64,000 nucleotides of DNA from Myxococcota bacterium. Lineage in GTDB: Bacteria; Myxococcota_A; UBA9160; UBA6930. Below are positions 1 to 10,057 of the stretch, in pieces. A model generated the notes under the pieces. It ran no database searches, was not told the DNA's origin, and saw nothing but the letters and a program-made list of their open reading frames with translations. The position numbers were made by a program, and so were the translations under genes. Location: assembly GCA_965223415.1 (NCBI GenBank), contig OZ245002.1:2464001-2528000 (forward strand), in the 5' to 3' direction. Each line of letters starts with the position of its first letter. The stretch's first letter is position 1.

Positions 1-758
1 GTCGTTGCGCACGAAGCGGCCGCCCAGGGTGACGGTGTGGGTCCGCAGGCGTGCGTCGCGCTCGACCCGTGCCGTCACGTTGCCGACGTGGAAGCTCGCG
101 TCGTTCGGCCGCTGGAGGATCACGAGGTCGAGGGACGCGTTCGCCGCGAGCTCCACCTCGACCACCGAGTTCGCGAAGTGGCGCGCGCCTGCGAGGGACA
201 CGTGGTCCACGATGATCGTGCCGCGGCCTCCGGCCTCGACCTCGACGACCACGCGGGGGTGACTGGCCGCATCTTCGGAGCCCTGGGCGAAGACCAGGTG
301 CACCGCGCGGGGATTCTCGCCCTGGACCTGCACCCGCGCGCCGTCACAGGCGAGGGCACCGTTCAGGGCGACGAAGGGGTGGGTCTTGGCGTCGGCCAGG
401 CGCCCGAGGAGGGCCGGCGCGGCATCGGCGCTTCCGAGGGGCATCACCTCGGTGGCGCCGGGCGATCCGTGCAGCTCTGGATGGTGATGGCCGTCGACGA
501 ACACCTCGAGGCCGCAGGCGAAGATCGGCGTGGCGATCGCCTCGATGGCACTGCGCGAAGGGGAGAGCGGCTCGTGGAGGGCCGTCCATTCGATGCCGGC
601 CAGGGGAGCGACGTTGGTGTAGCGCCATTCCTCCTGCTTCGTGGTCGGAAGGCCCTGGGCCATGAAGGCCGCCGCTCCCTCTCGGCGCAGCTCCGCGAAG
701 GCCGGCGGCGCCGGCTGCTCCGCAGACTGGGCGAGGAATCGGTCGCGGGCCTCCTCCA

Positions 759-759
<1 letters not shown>
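1..759 (-). CDS. sufD: Fe-S cluster assembly protein SufD (5' part; runs off the left edge of the window)
   Basis: ATG at 759 overlaps the sufC stop (TGATG). Manual translation gives MEEARDRFLAQ...GLPTTKQEEWRYTNV, containing the SufD P-x-x-x-x-E-x-W-R-Y-T motif. Directly downstream of sufC. Absent from the ORF track because it has no stop in the window. Confidence 0.9.
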
Positions 760-1508
<749 letters not shown>

Positions 1509-1513
1509 CGTCA

Positions 1514-2971
1514 CTAGCCCACGCTCCCTTCCAGCGAGATCCCGAGCAGCTTCTGGGCCTCGACGGCGAACTCCATCGGCAGCTCCCGCAGCACCTCCTT
1601 GCAGAAGCCGTTCACGATCATCGAGATCGCGTCCTCCTCCGAGATGCCCCGCTGGCGGCAGTAGAAGAGCTGATCCTCGCCGATCTTCGAGGTGGTGGCC
1701 TCGTGCTCGAGCGTGGACGAGGCGTTCTTCACCTCGAGGTAGGGGAAGGTGTGGGCGCCGCACTGGTCGCCGAGCAGGAGCGAATCGCACTGGCTGTAGT
1801 TGCGGGCGCCGTGTGCCTTCGGGCCGATCCGCACGAGCCCGCGGTAGCTCTGCTGGCCGCGGCCGGCGGAGATGCCCTTCGAGATGATCGTGCTCTTCGT
1901 GTTCTTGCCGATGTGGATCATCTTCGTGCCGGTGTCGGCCTGCTGGAGGTTGTTCGTGAGCGCGACCGAGTAGAACTCGCCCACCGAGTCGTCGCCCTGG
2001 AGCAGGCAGCTCGGGTACTTCCAGGTGATCGCGGAGCCGGTCTCGACCTGGGTCCAGGAGATCTTCGAGCGCTTGCCCCGGCAGGCGCCGCGCTTGGTCA
2101 CGAAATTGTAGATGCCGCCCACGCCGTTCTTGTCGCCCGGGTACCAGTTCTGGACGGTGGAGTACTTGATCTCGGCGTCGTCGAGGGCGACGAGCTCCAC
2201 CACCGCGGCGTGCAGCTGGTTCTCGTCCCGCATCGGCGCCGTGCAACCCTCGAGGTAGGACACGTAGGAGCCCTCCTCGGCGACGATCAGGGTGCGCTCG
2301 AACTGGCCGGTCTCCTGGGCGTTGATGCGGAAGTAGGTCGAGAGCTCCATCGGGCAGCGCACGCCCTTCGGGATGTAGGCGAAGGAGCCGTCGCTGAAGA
2401 CGGCGGAGTTGAGCGCCGCGAAGAAGTTGTCGGAGTAGGGCACGACCGAGCCCAGGTACTTGCGAACGAGATCCGGGTGCTCCTTCACCGCGTCGGAGAA
2501 GGGGCCGAAGATGATGCCCTGCTTCCCCAGCTCTTCCTTGTAGGTGGTGGCGACGGAGACGCTGTCGAAGACCGCGTCCACCGCGACGCCCGCCAAGCGC
2601 TTCTGCTCCTCGAGCGGGATGCCGAGCTTGTCGTAGGTCTCGAGCAGCTCCGGGTCGACCTCGTCGAGGCTCTCGAGCTGCTTCTTCGGCTTCGGCGCCG
2701 CGTAGTAGTACATGTCCTGGTAGTCGATCTCCGGGTAGGAGACCTTCGCCCAGTCCGGGCGGTGGCCAAGGTCGAGCAGCTGCTGGAAGCGCTTCAGGGC
2801 CTTGAGTCGCCACTCGAGCAGCCACTCGGGCTCGTCCTTCTTGGCCGAGATGATGCGGACGATCTCCTCGGAGAGACCCTTCGGGATCCGCTCCTCTTCG
2901 ATGTCCGTGACGAAGCCGTACTCGTACTCGCGGTCGGCGAGCTGCTCGAGGGCGTCCTGTGATTCCGACAT
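1514..2971 (-). CDS. sufB: Fe-S cluster assembly protein SufB
   Basis: 485 aa with [54 protein letters not shown] and [10 protein letters not shown] motifs. Confidence 0.98.
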   Translation of the reverse strand: MSESQDALEQLADREYEYGFVTDIEEERIPKGLSEEIVRIISAKKDEPEWLLEWRLKALKRFQQLLDLGHRPDWAKVSYPEIDYQDMYYYAAPKPKKQLESLDEVDPELLETYDKLGIPLEEQKRLAGVAVDAVFDSVSVATTYKEELGKQGIIFGPFSDAVKEHPDLVRKYLGSVVPYSDNFFAALNSAVFSDGSFAYIPKGVRCPMELSTYFRINAQETGQFERTLIVAEEGSYVSYLEGCTAPMRDENQLHAAVVELVALDDAEIKYSTVQNWYPGDKNGVGGIYNFVTKRGACRGKRSKISWTQVETGSAITWKYPSCLLQGDDSVGEFYSVALTNNLQQADTGTKMIHIGKNTKSTIISKGISAGRGQQSYRGLVRIGPKAHGARNYSQCDSLLLGDQCGAHTFPYLEVKNASSTLEHEATTSKIGEDQLFYCRQRGISEEDAISMIVNGFCKEVLRELPMEFAVEAQKLLGISLEGSVG

Positions 2972-2986
2972 GGGAATGGGTGGGTC

Positions 2987-3430
2987 CTAGGCGATGGCGA
3001 GGGTGGTGGGCTTCTGGCGGGGCGGAAGGTCGGCGGCCAGCTCGGCGAGGCTCACCCGGGTGAGCGTGCTCTGGATCGCCCGGTTGATCCGCAGCCACGG
3101 CGTCGAGAGGCCGCACTGGGATTCCTGGTCGCAGTGGCCGGGCCCGGCGGCGCACTCCATGAGGGCGATCGGCCCCTCGAGGGCCTCGATCACCTCGGCC
3201 ACGCTCACCGCCTCGGGCTGCCGGGCGAGCTGGTACCCGCCGCGCGACCCCCGCTGGGAATCGAGCAGGCTCGCGCTGGCCAGGGACTTCAGCATCTTGC
3301 TCACCGCCGGCAGTGGCAGCCCCGTGGCCTCCGCCATCTCCCGCGCCGTGAGCGTGGTGCCGTCCGCCTCCCGCGCGAAGTGCACGAGCAGCACGATCCC
3401 GTAGTCGGTGAGCTTGCTGATCCTGAGCAT
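2987..3430 (-). CDS. Rrf2-family (IscR/SUF-type) Fe-S-sensing transcriptional regulator
   Basis: MLRISKLTDYG..., wHTH S-x-RG-x-x-GGY motif, three C-terminal Cys (ECAAGPGHCDQESQC). First gene of the suf operon. Confidence 0.93.
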   Translation of the reverse strand: MLRISKLTDYGIVLLVHFAREADGTTLTAREMAEATGLPLPAVSKMLKSLASASLLDSQRGSRGGYQLARQPEAVSVAEVIEALEGPIALMECAAGPGHCDQESQCGLSTPWLRINRAIQSTLTRVSLAELAADLPPRQKPTTLAIA

Positions 3431-3444
3431 GGAGGCCGCCGAAG

Positions 3445-3494
3445 ATATCGGACCAATTCAGTCCCGTAAATATCGGACCAACTCAGTACAAATT
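3445..3494. promoter_or_regulatory. Two tandem 25-bp IscR/Rrf2-type operator sites upstream of the Rrf2-suf operon
   Basis: ATATCGGACCAATTCAGTCCCGTAA (3445-3469) and ATATCGGACCAACTCAGTACAAATT (3470-3494). AT-rich imperfect GAC..AGTC dyads resembling IscR type-1 sites, immediately 5' of the regulator start. Confidence 0.7.
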
Positions 3495-3500
3495 GAGCTG

Positions 3501-3535
3501 TTGCGTAGGGGGCCGGTTCCGTCTGCTGCGTTCAT
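3501..3535 (-). repeat. Degenerate REP-like element (family B, GGAACCGGCCCC core)
   Basis: TAGGGGGCCGGTTCCGTCTGCTGCGTTCA resembles 46085-46112 (TAGGGGCCGGTTCCGTTTGTT) and shares TGCTGCGTTCA with the hairpin at 10046-10056. Confidence 0.55.
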
Positions 3536-3560
3536 CCCCGAGGGGCCCCGTAGGGGGCGG

Positions 3561-5621
3561 CTACATGTAGCCGAGGGCCTCGAGCTGGCGGCGGGTCTCG
3601 GCGTCGAGGGCGTCGGGGGCCGTGGGGTTGGCGTGGCCAGGCCCTGGGGAGGGAGTCGGGCCCGGGTGCCGCTCGAGCCAGGCGTCGAGCTCGCGACGCA
3701 GGGCGGCGGCGCGCTCCGGGTCGTCGCCGCTGCGGTCGTGGGCCTCGTCCGGGTCGGCGCGCAGATCGTAGAGGGCGGACGCCCCCCGGCGGACGACCAG
3801 CTTGTGGTCGCCGCGTCGCACGGCCCAGACCGGCGTGTCGAAGTCTCGGGGCCGCATGCCGCCGCCCGGGTCGATGCGGCTCAGCATCGAGAAGTCCGGG
3901 TAGACCTCGGCGAAGGTGGCCTCCCGCGCACGGCGCCGATCCGGCAGCAGGCTCCGGGAGGGACCGTCGCCGGGCTCGAGGCCGGCCCAATCGAGAAGAG
4001 TCGCGTGCAGGTCGAGGGTCTGGTGCGCCCCTGCCACCCGCGACCCGGCCTCGAACACACCGGGTGCCCGCACCAGGAACGGCACCCGGATCAGCGCATC
4101 GTTCAGGTCGAACTGGTGCCCCCAGCGCTCCGCCTCGCCCAGGTTGTCGCCGTGATCCGAGGTGACCACGAGCAGCACGTCGTCGAGGGCGACCCGCCGG
4201 CGGATCACCTCGAGGATGCGCCCCACCCGGCGGTCCTGATACCGCACACCGCTCCGATACAGCCCGCGCGTCGCCTCCACCCGCCACGGCTCCCGCGGCG
4301 GGTTCGAGTGCCAACGCACCGGATGGAAGCGGCGGATCGCGCGGATGCCCCGCAGCCATCCTCCCCAACCCTCCTCGGCGCGATCCCGCAGCGGTGCGAG
4401 GTAGGGGTTGTGCGCTTCGAACAGGTTCACGAACAGGAAGAAGGGGCGCTCCGGGTCCAGCCCGGCCATCCAGCTCGCGACCGCGGTCTCCGCCTCGGCC
4501 GCGCCCTGGTCGATCCACTGCTCCCAGCCGATCCCCGTGTAGCGCATCAGCCGCGACAGGATCAGCTTGTCCCGGCGCAGGTGGTTCACCTCCTCGAAGT
4601 GCTCGAAGCCCTGCACGATGTCGGTGACCCGCAGCCAGCTGTTCGAGGACACGACGGCGGTCTGGTAGCCCGCGGCTGCGAGACGCTCGGCGGTCGTCTC
4701 GAAGCCCGGCTCGAGGCGGCGCGCAGTTCCGTGCCGCACGCCGTGGGTTCGCGGATAGAGCCCGGTGAACATCGAAGCGTGCGACGGGGCGGTCCAGGGC
4801 GACGGGCTCACCATCTCCTCGAAGACCGCACCTTCCCCCGCCAGCGCGTCGAGCACCGGCGTCGTCCCCGGTGCGGCGCCGTAGGCACCCAGTGCGCCGG
4901 TGCGCGTGGTGTCGAGGAGCAGCACGACCACCGAGCCCGGCGCCGGATGCGGACTCGAGGGGGGCGGGGCCGCCGGCGCCGGCCAGGTCGCGAGCAGGGC
5001 CAGCACCAGGCCGATCAGCCCGTCCGGGGGCGCGTGGCCGGGGCGCCAACGGAGCAGGGCGGCGAGGAGCCCGAGGCCGACGGCCAGGATGGCGAAGGCC
5101 GGGCCGAAGTGGTCGTCACGCAGCCCGTGGGTGCCGGCGAGGAGCAGGCACGCCAGCACGCCGGCCCAGAGCCACGCCCCCGTCCGCGCCAGGGGCAGCG
5201 CCGCGAGCCGCCGCGGCCGCAGCTGGCGCGCGGCGGCGGCGACGATCACGAACACCAGCGGCGGTGCGACGACGCCCAGCCCGGTGACGGCGCCCAGGTA
5301 GCGGAGGTGCAGCGCCCCGCCCAGGAAGAACAGCACCCCAGCGGACAGGGTCGCCGCACACAGGGCGCTCGCCGCGGCGACGAGCCCCGTGCTCGTCGGC
5401 CGCGGGAGCACGTCCGTCCGCAGCCAGAGGAGACCGAGCACACCGCCGAGGAGGGCGCCGGCGAGGCCCATCAGCGCGACGGCCGCGATCGCCTCGTCCG
5501 GCGCCGGCGCGAAGCGCACGTGCGCCACGTCCGCGAGCTCGGCGAGTGCGAGCCCGAAGGCGCCGGCGCCGGCCGCGCCGATCGCCGCGTCTCGCGGATC
5601 GTCCTGGGTTCGCTCGCTCAC
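3561..5621 (-). CDS. Membrane-anchored sulfatase-like (alkaline phosphatase superfamily) protein
   Basis: GTG start overlaps the luxC stop. Multi-TM N-terminus, then VVLLLDTTR, SPSPWTAPSHASMFTG, FLFVNLFEAHNPY, TSDHG, LYDLRADPDE and a C-terminal LEALGYM. Confidence 0.88.
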   Translation of the reverse strand: MSERTQDDPRDAAIGAAGAGAFGLALAELADVAHVRFAPAPDEAIAAVALMGLAGALLGGVLGLLWLRTDVLPRPTSTGLVAAASALCAATLSAGVLFFLGGALHLRYLGAVTGLGVVAPPLVFVIVAAAARQLRPRRLAALPLARTGAWLWAGVLACLLLAGTHGLRDDHFGPAFAILAVGLGLLAALLRWRPGHAPPDGLIGLVLALLATWPAPAAPPPSSPHPAPGSVVVLLLDTTRTGALGAYGAAPGTTPVLDALAGEGAVFEEMVSPSPWTAPSHASMFTGLYPRTHGVRHGTARRLEPGFETTAERLAAAGYQTAVVSSNSWLRVTDIVQGFEHFEEVNHLRRDKLILSRLMRYTGIGWEQWIDQGAAEAETAVASWMAGLDPERPFFLFVNLFEAHNPYLAPLRDRAEEGWGGWLRGIRAIRRFHPVRWHSNPPREPWRVEATRGLYRSGVRYQDRRVGRILEVIRRRVALDDVLLVVTSDHGDNLGEAERWGHQFDLNDALIRVPFLVRAPGVFEAGSRVAGAHQTLDLHATLLDWAGLEPGDGPSRSLLPDRRRAREATFAEVYPDFSMLSRIDPGGGMRPRDFDTPVWAVRRGDHKLVVRRGASALYDLRADPDEAHDRSGDDPERAAALRRELDAWLERHPGPTPSPGPGHANPTAPDALDAETRRQLEALGYM

Positions 5622-6862
5622 GGCATCTCGATATCGGTGAAACGAGCCAGCGGCCACAGCGCGCCCTGCCCGTCGTGGTGCCAGCCCAGGGGCGGCGCCT
5701 GCATGCGGCCCAGGGGGGCGATGCGGGAAGGCGCCAGGGCGACGAGGGCCTCGACGAGCGCCGGCCCCTCGTCGGGGCCCGCCCCAAGCCCGACCGCCGC
5801 CAGGCGCGGCGCCAGGGGCCGGAGGGAGGCCACGAGCTTCACCGCGTCGCGCACCGGGTGCACGCGCAGGAAGCGGTGAAGGGGTGCGGGGCGGTGCTCC
5901 GCGTCGGCCTCGAGCACCAGGGCCCATCCCTCGCCTTCGCGGACGCGAACCTCACCGGCTGCGGCGGCCCGCAGCTCCGCGCCCTCCCATTCCTGGGAGA
6001 GATCGGCGGCGGCCCCGGGCGAGATCGCGCCCCGCGGCAGGCGGCCCGCGACCTCGGCGAAGGCCCGCGCGAGCTCGGCCTCTACCGCGTCGGGGATCCG
6101 CCCGTCCGGCGTCAGCACGAAGGCCGCGATCGGAGACAGGCAGCCGAGCTGGTCCCAGAGCGCGACGTCGAGGGCGAGCGCGTCGGCCGCGCGGGCCGTG
6201 TTCGCACCGGCACCGATCACGGCGACCGAGCAGCGGTGGCCGAAGCGCACGAAGCGCGTCGGTGCGGCGACCCGGAGGCCGATCTCGTCGAGGGCCGCGT
6301 CGGAGCCCGTGGCCGCGACGCACCCGGCCTCGAGGAAGGCGCTCCAGGCCTCCTCGTCGTTGCGGGGGAAGTCGGCGACGGCGAGGCACGCGCCCAGCTC
6401 CTCGTCGATCCCCGCCAGGGCTTCCCGGATGCAGGGCGCCGTCACCGGATCGTGTCGCCCGCTGCGGGCCAGCACCGGGGACTGCAGCGCGAGCGGTGCG
6501 ACCAGGGAGAGCACGCTCGGCATCGGCAGTGCGCCTCCGAGCACCACGGCGGTGGACCCGAAGCCCGTGGCGCGAACGGCGCCGCGCCCCGGAACCTCGT
6601 CCGCAACGAGCGAACGCAGCGCGTCCCCGCTCCAGGCGCCGAAGGCCAGCTCCAGGCCGGCCCGGGTGGTGGCCGGATGGAACCCGGTGGCGCCGGGCAG
6701 CCGCTCGCACAGCTCCTTGCGCAGCGGGGAGTCCGGGAGGGCCAGCTCGTCGATCAGCATCCCGAGCGGCTCGAGCACTCCCTCGCGGGGCCGCGCGGAG
6801 AGGCGCCCGCCGGCGTCGCGCAGCCTGCTCCAGGTGGCGCGCAGCTCAGTCGCCCGCGGCAC
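5618..6862 (-). CDS. Acyl-CoA reductase, LuxC family
   Basis: C-terminal half of ORF 5618..8269 from a GTG at 6862. Contains ATGSD, FGHRCS, DVALWDQLGCLSP (catalytic Cys) and GRMQAPPLGWHHDG. Confidence 0.85.
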   Translation of the reverse strand: MPRATELRATWSRLRDAGGRLSARPREGVLEPLGMLIDELALPDSPLRKELCERLPGATGFHPATTRAGLELAFGAWSGDALRSLVADEVPGRGAVRATGFGSTAVVLGGALPMPSVLSLVAPLALQSPVLARSGRHDPVTAPCIREALAGIDEELGACLAVADFPRNDEEAWSAFLEAGCVAATGSDAALDEIGLRVAAPTRFVRFGHRCSVAVIGAGANTARAADALALDVALWDQLGCLSPIAAFVLTPDGRIPDAVEAELARAFAEVAGRLPRGAISPGAAADLSQEWEGAELRAAAAGEVRVREGEGWALVLEADAEHRPAPLHRFLRVHPVRDAVKLVASLRPLAPRLAAVGLGAGPDEGPALVEALVALAPSRIAPLGRMQAPPLGWHHDGQGALWPLARFTDIEMP

Positions 6863-7939
6863 CGAGCATCTCGTCCGCTGCGATGGAGCAGCCCCGCGCC
6901 TCGGCGCCCTCGGCGCGCCCGAGCACCTCGAAGCCGGCGCCCCGCGCCACCCCGAGGTCGGCGGTCTGGATCGCCAGGATGCTGCCCGTGTTCGCCAGAT
7001 CGACGATGCGGATGCGCCGACCTGGCCCGGCGGCAGCGCGGCGCCGCTCTCCGGATCGACGATCTGCACCCGCACCCAGGGCGGCACGCGCTTGCGGCGC
7101 GGCTCTTCGGGCCTCGCCAGCACCGTGTCGTAGAACTGGCTGGCGAGTTCGGTCATTCCGTACTGGTTGACGATCCGCTCGGAGGGGATGCCCAGGCGTG
7201 CCGCGATCCAGGCGTGGAGCGCGTCGCGATCCATGGCGCGGGCGCGTCCCTTGAAGCCGCCGGTCTCCATCACTCGTGTCCCCGCCGGCAGCTCGAGGAG
7301 GTGGCCGCGGGACTCCATCGCTTCGAGCAGGTGCACGAAGGCGAAGGCGGTGCCGCACAGGGCGACGGGGGCCGCCTCCTCCTCGCAAGCCGCGAGTGCG
7401 GACAGCAGCGCGTCGAGCTGCAGCTCGCCCTCGTGGACGAAGAACCCGCTGTCCGCGTCGCCGCGCCGATCCCGCATCACGCCGAACATATGGGAGAGGG
7501 ACGAGTCCGGCGCCTCCTCCGGCGAAGGCGCCAGCACGAGCATGCGCACGGCCGTATCCACGGGCAGGTCGGGGAGCACGCCCCGCTCGAAGCTCGGCAC
7601 GAGCGACGCCTCGTAGAGATCGAGCCGCTCCAGGTGGAGCTCGCCCCGCCGGGCGGTGGCGGTGCCGCTGGTGCGAAAGACCTTCCGGGTGCGCGTTTCC
7701 GGGAAGCAGGCCAGGCGCAGCTCCTTGAAGGCGCCGGTCGGCACCGCGGGGATCTCCGTCCAGTGCCGGACGGTCTCGGGCGTCCGCGTGCGTCCCTCGC
7801 AGAAGCGGCGATAGGGCTCGCAGCTCCGGAACTGGCGGGCGAAGAGCATCAGTGCCAGACGGGCGAAGCGGTCGTCGTCGCGCTCGCCGGGCGCCTCACG
7901 CATCCACGCCAGCAGCTCCTCTTCGGCCCGGCAGCTCAT
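6846..7939 (-). pseudogene. Acyl-protein synthetase LuxE family, interrupted by a 1-nt frameshift near 7015 (real lesion or assembly error)
   Basis: ATG at 7939 overlaps the aminotransferase stop. FRTSGT, METGGFKGR and NQYGMTELASQFY are in one frame. The conserved C-terminus (IVDLANTGSILAIQTADLG...GRAEGAEARGCS) is in another frame (ORF 6846..7388). Confidence 0.8.
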
Positions 7940-9210
7940 GCCAGGAGCTCGACCAGAGCGTCGAGGCCCGCGGTCAGTGCCGCGCGGCCGATCGTGAGGG
8001 GCGGGGTGATCGAGAGCACTTCGCCGCGATCGCCGGAGGGCAGCAGGATGAACCCTCGCTCCAGCGCTTCGGCGCACACCTTCGCCGCCCGCGCCGGCTC
8101 GCTGCACTCGACGCCGATCATCAGGCCGAGACCGCGGCACTCGTGCACCGCGGGGAGCCCGGCGCAGCCGGCCCGCAGGCGGGCGAGGGCGAAGGCGCCG
8201 AGCTCGGCGGAGCGCTCGGCCAGCTTCTCCTCCTCGAGCACGGCGATCGAGGCCAGCGCCGCGGCGCATCCCGGAGGATGCCCCAGGAAGGTCTGGGTGT
8301 GGAGCGCCTCACCGCGGGAGACGGGCCAGTGGTCCATCACCTCCGCTCGCCCGACGCAGGCGGAGATCGGCATGCCGGAAGCCAGGCCCTTGGCCACGCA
8401 CAGCAGGTCCGGCACCACCCCCTCGTGGTCGCAGGCGAAGGTCCGCCCGGTGCGGCCGAAGCCGGTGTAGACCTCGTCGGCGATCAGGAGCCAGCCGCGC
8501 TCGTCGCAGAGCCGGCGCAGCCCGGCGAGGAAGCCGGCGGGCGGCACGCGCTCGCCGCCGCGTCCCTGGACCGGCTCCACCAGCACGGCGCCGACCTCGT
8601 GCTCGGCGGCGTCGGCGCAGCGCAGGGCGTCCGCGGCGTCGCCGTAGCGGGCGAAGGCGACGCGCCCGGGCAGGAGCGGCGCGAAGGGCTGGCGGAAGTC
8701 CTCGCGCCAGGTGGCGTCGAGGGAGCCCAGGGCGAGGCCGTGGTAGCCGCCTCGGAAGGCCACCACGCCGGGCCGGCCGGTGGCGAGCAGCGCGGTCTCG
8801 AGGGCGATCTCCACCACGTCCGAGCCGGACGTGCCGAGCACCGCCTTGGCGGGGCCGCCGCCGGGAAAGCGCGCGGCGAGGGCTTCCAGGAGCTCGACCT
8901 TCACCGCGGCCGGCTGGACGTCGCCCATGGCGTGCATCAGCTGCTCGGCCTGGCCGGCCACGGCACTCGCCACGCGCGGATGGGCGTGGCCGGCGTTCGC
9001 GACGCCGAAGCCGCCGCCGAGATCGACGAAGCGGTTTCCGTCCACGTCCCAGACGCTCGCCCCCCGGGCCCGCTCCCAGAAGATCGGCGCGCTGGGCTCG
9101 AGACAGGTCACGTTGCGGCTCTCGACCCGCGCCAGGCGCTCCGCCAGGGCCCGGGAGCGCGGCCCGGGAACCTCCGTGCGCAGGGCCGGCAGCGGGGTCT
9201 CGTCCAGCAT
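7936..9210 (-). CDS. Class III PLP-dependent aminotransferase
   Basis: WDVDGNRFVD, VEPVQGRGG, LIADEVYTGFGRTG, PDLLCVAKGLASG. Confidence 0.95.
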   Translation of the reverse strand: MLDETPLPALRTEVPGPRSRALAERLARVESRNVTCLEPSAPIFWERARGASVWDVDGNRFVDLGGGFGVANAGHAHPRVASAVAGQAEQLMHAMGDVQPAAVKVELLEALAARFPGGGPAKAVLGTSGSDVVEIALETALLATGRPGVVAFRGGYHGLALGSLDATWREDFRQPFAPLLPGRVAFARYGDAADALRCADAAEHEVGAVLVEPVQGRGGERVPPAGFLAGLRRLCDERGWLLIADEVYTGFGRTGRTFACDHEGVVPDLLCVAKGLASGMPISACVGRAEVMDHWPVSRGEALHTQTFLGHPPGCAAALASIAVLEEEKLAERSAELGAFALARLRAGCAGLPAVHECRGLGLMIGVECSEPARAAKVCAEALERGFILLPSGDRGEVLSITPPLTIGRAALTAGLDALVELLA

Positions 9211-9233
9211 GGGCGGATACTCTAGGAGCCCTC

Positions 9234-9749
9234 GTGGCGCGCGTCTTCATCGGCATGGGTTCGAACCTCGGCGATCGGGAGGCCCGGCTCGCCCAGGCCC
9301 TGGTGGCGCTTCGCGGCCTTCCCGAGACCACGGTCGCGGCCGTCTCGTCGCTCTACGAGACGGCCCCGGTGGGCGGGCCGCCCCAGGGCCCCTATCTGAA
9401 TGCCGTCGCGGAGCTCGAGTGCGCGCTGGCTCCCCTCGCGCTGCTCGAGGCGCTGCTGGCCATCGAGGCGGCGGCGGGGCGGGTGCGGGACGGGGAGCGG
9501 GACGGCCCCCGCACCCTGGACCTGGACCTGCTCCTGGTCGACGCACGGGTGATCGAGAGCGAGGTGCTGACGGTTCCCCATCCGCGTCTCCATCTCCGTG
9601 CCTTCGTGCTCGAGCCCCTGGCCGAGCTGGCGCCGGACCTCCTGCACCCGCGCCTCGGCGCTACCCTGGGAGAGCTGGCGCGGCGCGTGCGCGATTCCGA
9701 CGCGGTCCGCGCGATCCATGGGGGAGCGGCATGGCCATCGTCGCGGTGA
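9234..9749 (+). CDS. folK: 2-amino-4-hydroxy-6-hydroxymethyldihydropteridine diphosphokinase
   Basis: FIGMGSNLGDR, SSLYETAP, YLNAV, GPRTLDLDLL, PHPRLHLRAFVLEPL. Confidence 0.96.
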   Translation: MARVFIGMGSNLGDREARLAQALVALRGLPETTVAAVSSLYETAPVGGPPQGPYLNAVAELECALAPLALLEALLAIEAAAGRVRDGERDGPRTLDLDLLLVDARVIESEVLTVPHPRLHLRAFVLEPLAELAPDLLHPRLGATLGELARRVRDSDAVRAIHGGAAWPSSR

Positions 9750-10033
9750 GCATCGCGCCCACGGGCGAGGGCACGAGCGTCGGCGCCCACGTCGCCGAAG
9801 CCCTGGGCGTCCTCGAGGCGCAAGACGAAGTGAAGTGGGAGCTCGGTCCCATGTTCACCACCCTCGAAGGCGACCTCGACGCGATCCTCGCCCTCGTCCG
9901 TCGGATGCAGGAAGCCGTCTTCGCCCGCGGTGCCGTTCGCGTGGGCACCGTCCTCAAGATCGACGACCGCCGCGACAAGCCCGCCACCATGCAATCCAAG
10001 CTGGACTCGGCGCAACAGCGGGGACGTTCCTGA
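9731..10033 (+). CDS. MTH1187/YkoF-family thiamine-binding protein
   Basis: MAIVAVSIAPTGEGTSVGAHV...LGPMFTTLEGD...KIDDRRDK; 100 aa. Confidence 0.88.
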   Translation: MAIVAVSIAPTGEGTSVGAHVAEALGVLEAQDEVKWELGPMFTTLEGDLDAILALVRRMQEAVFARGAVRVGTVLKIDDRRDKPATMQSKLDSAQQRGRS

Positions 10034-10057
10034 ACGCAGCACCCGTGCTGCGTTCAG
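10020..10057. repeat. REP-like element (family A core GGGGACGTTCCT) plus 13-bp hairpin between convergent genes
   Basis: GGGGACGTTCCT at 10020-10031 followed by CTGAACGCAGCAC-CC-GTGCTGCGTTCAG. Same core at 26412 and 58890. Confidence 0.65.

Noticed and set aside
5618..7939. Bioluminescence (lux) operon
   Set aside because: No luxA, luxB or luxD in the operon. The LLM genes at 23131 and 54321 are unlinked and not LuxA-like.
5618..8269. Natural 883-aa LuxE-LuxC fusion protein
   Set aside because: Produced by a 1-nt frameshift. The conserved LuxE C-terminus is intact in another frame and luxC has its own GTG start.
3408..8470. Long antisense ORFs (3408..5879, 5546..8470; likewise 13737..16274, 16214..19042, 39630..42647, 43656..46016)
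   Set aside because: Shadow ORFs opposite well-supported genes; stop codons are rare at this GC content.
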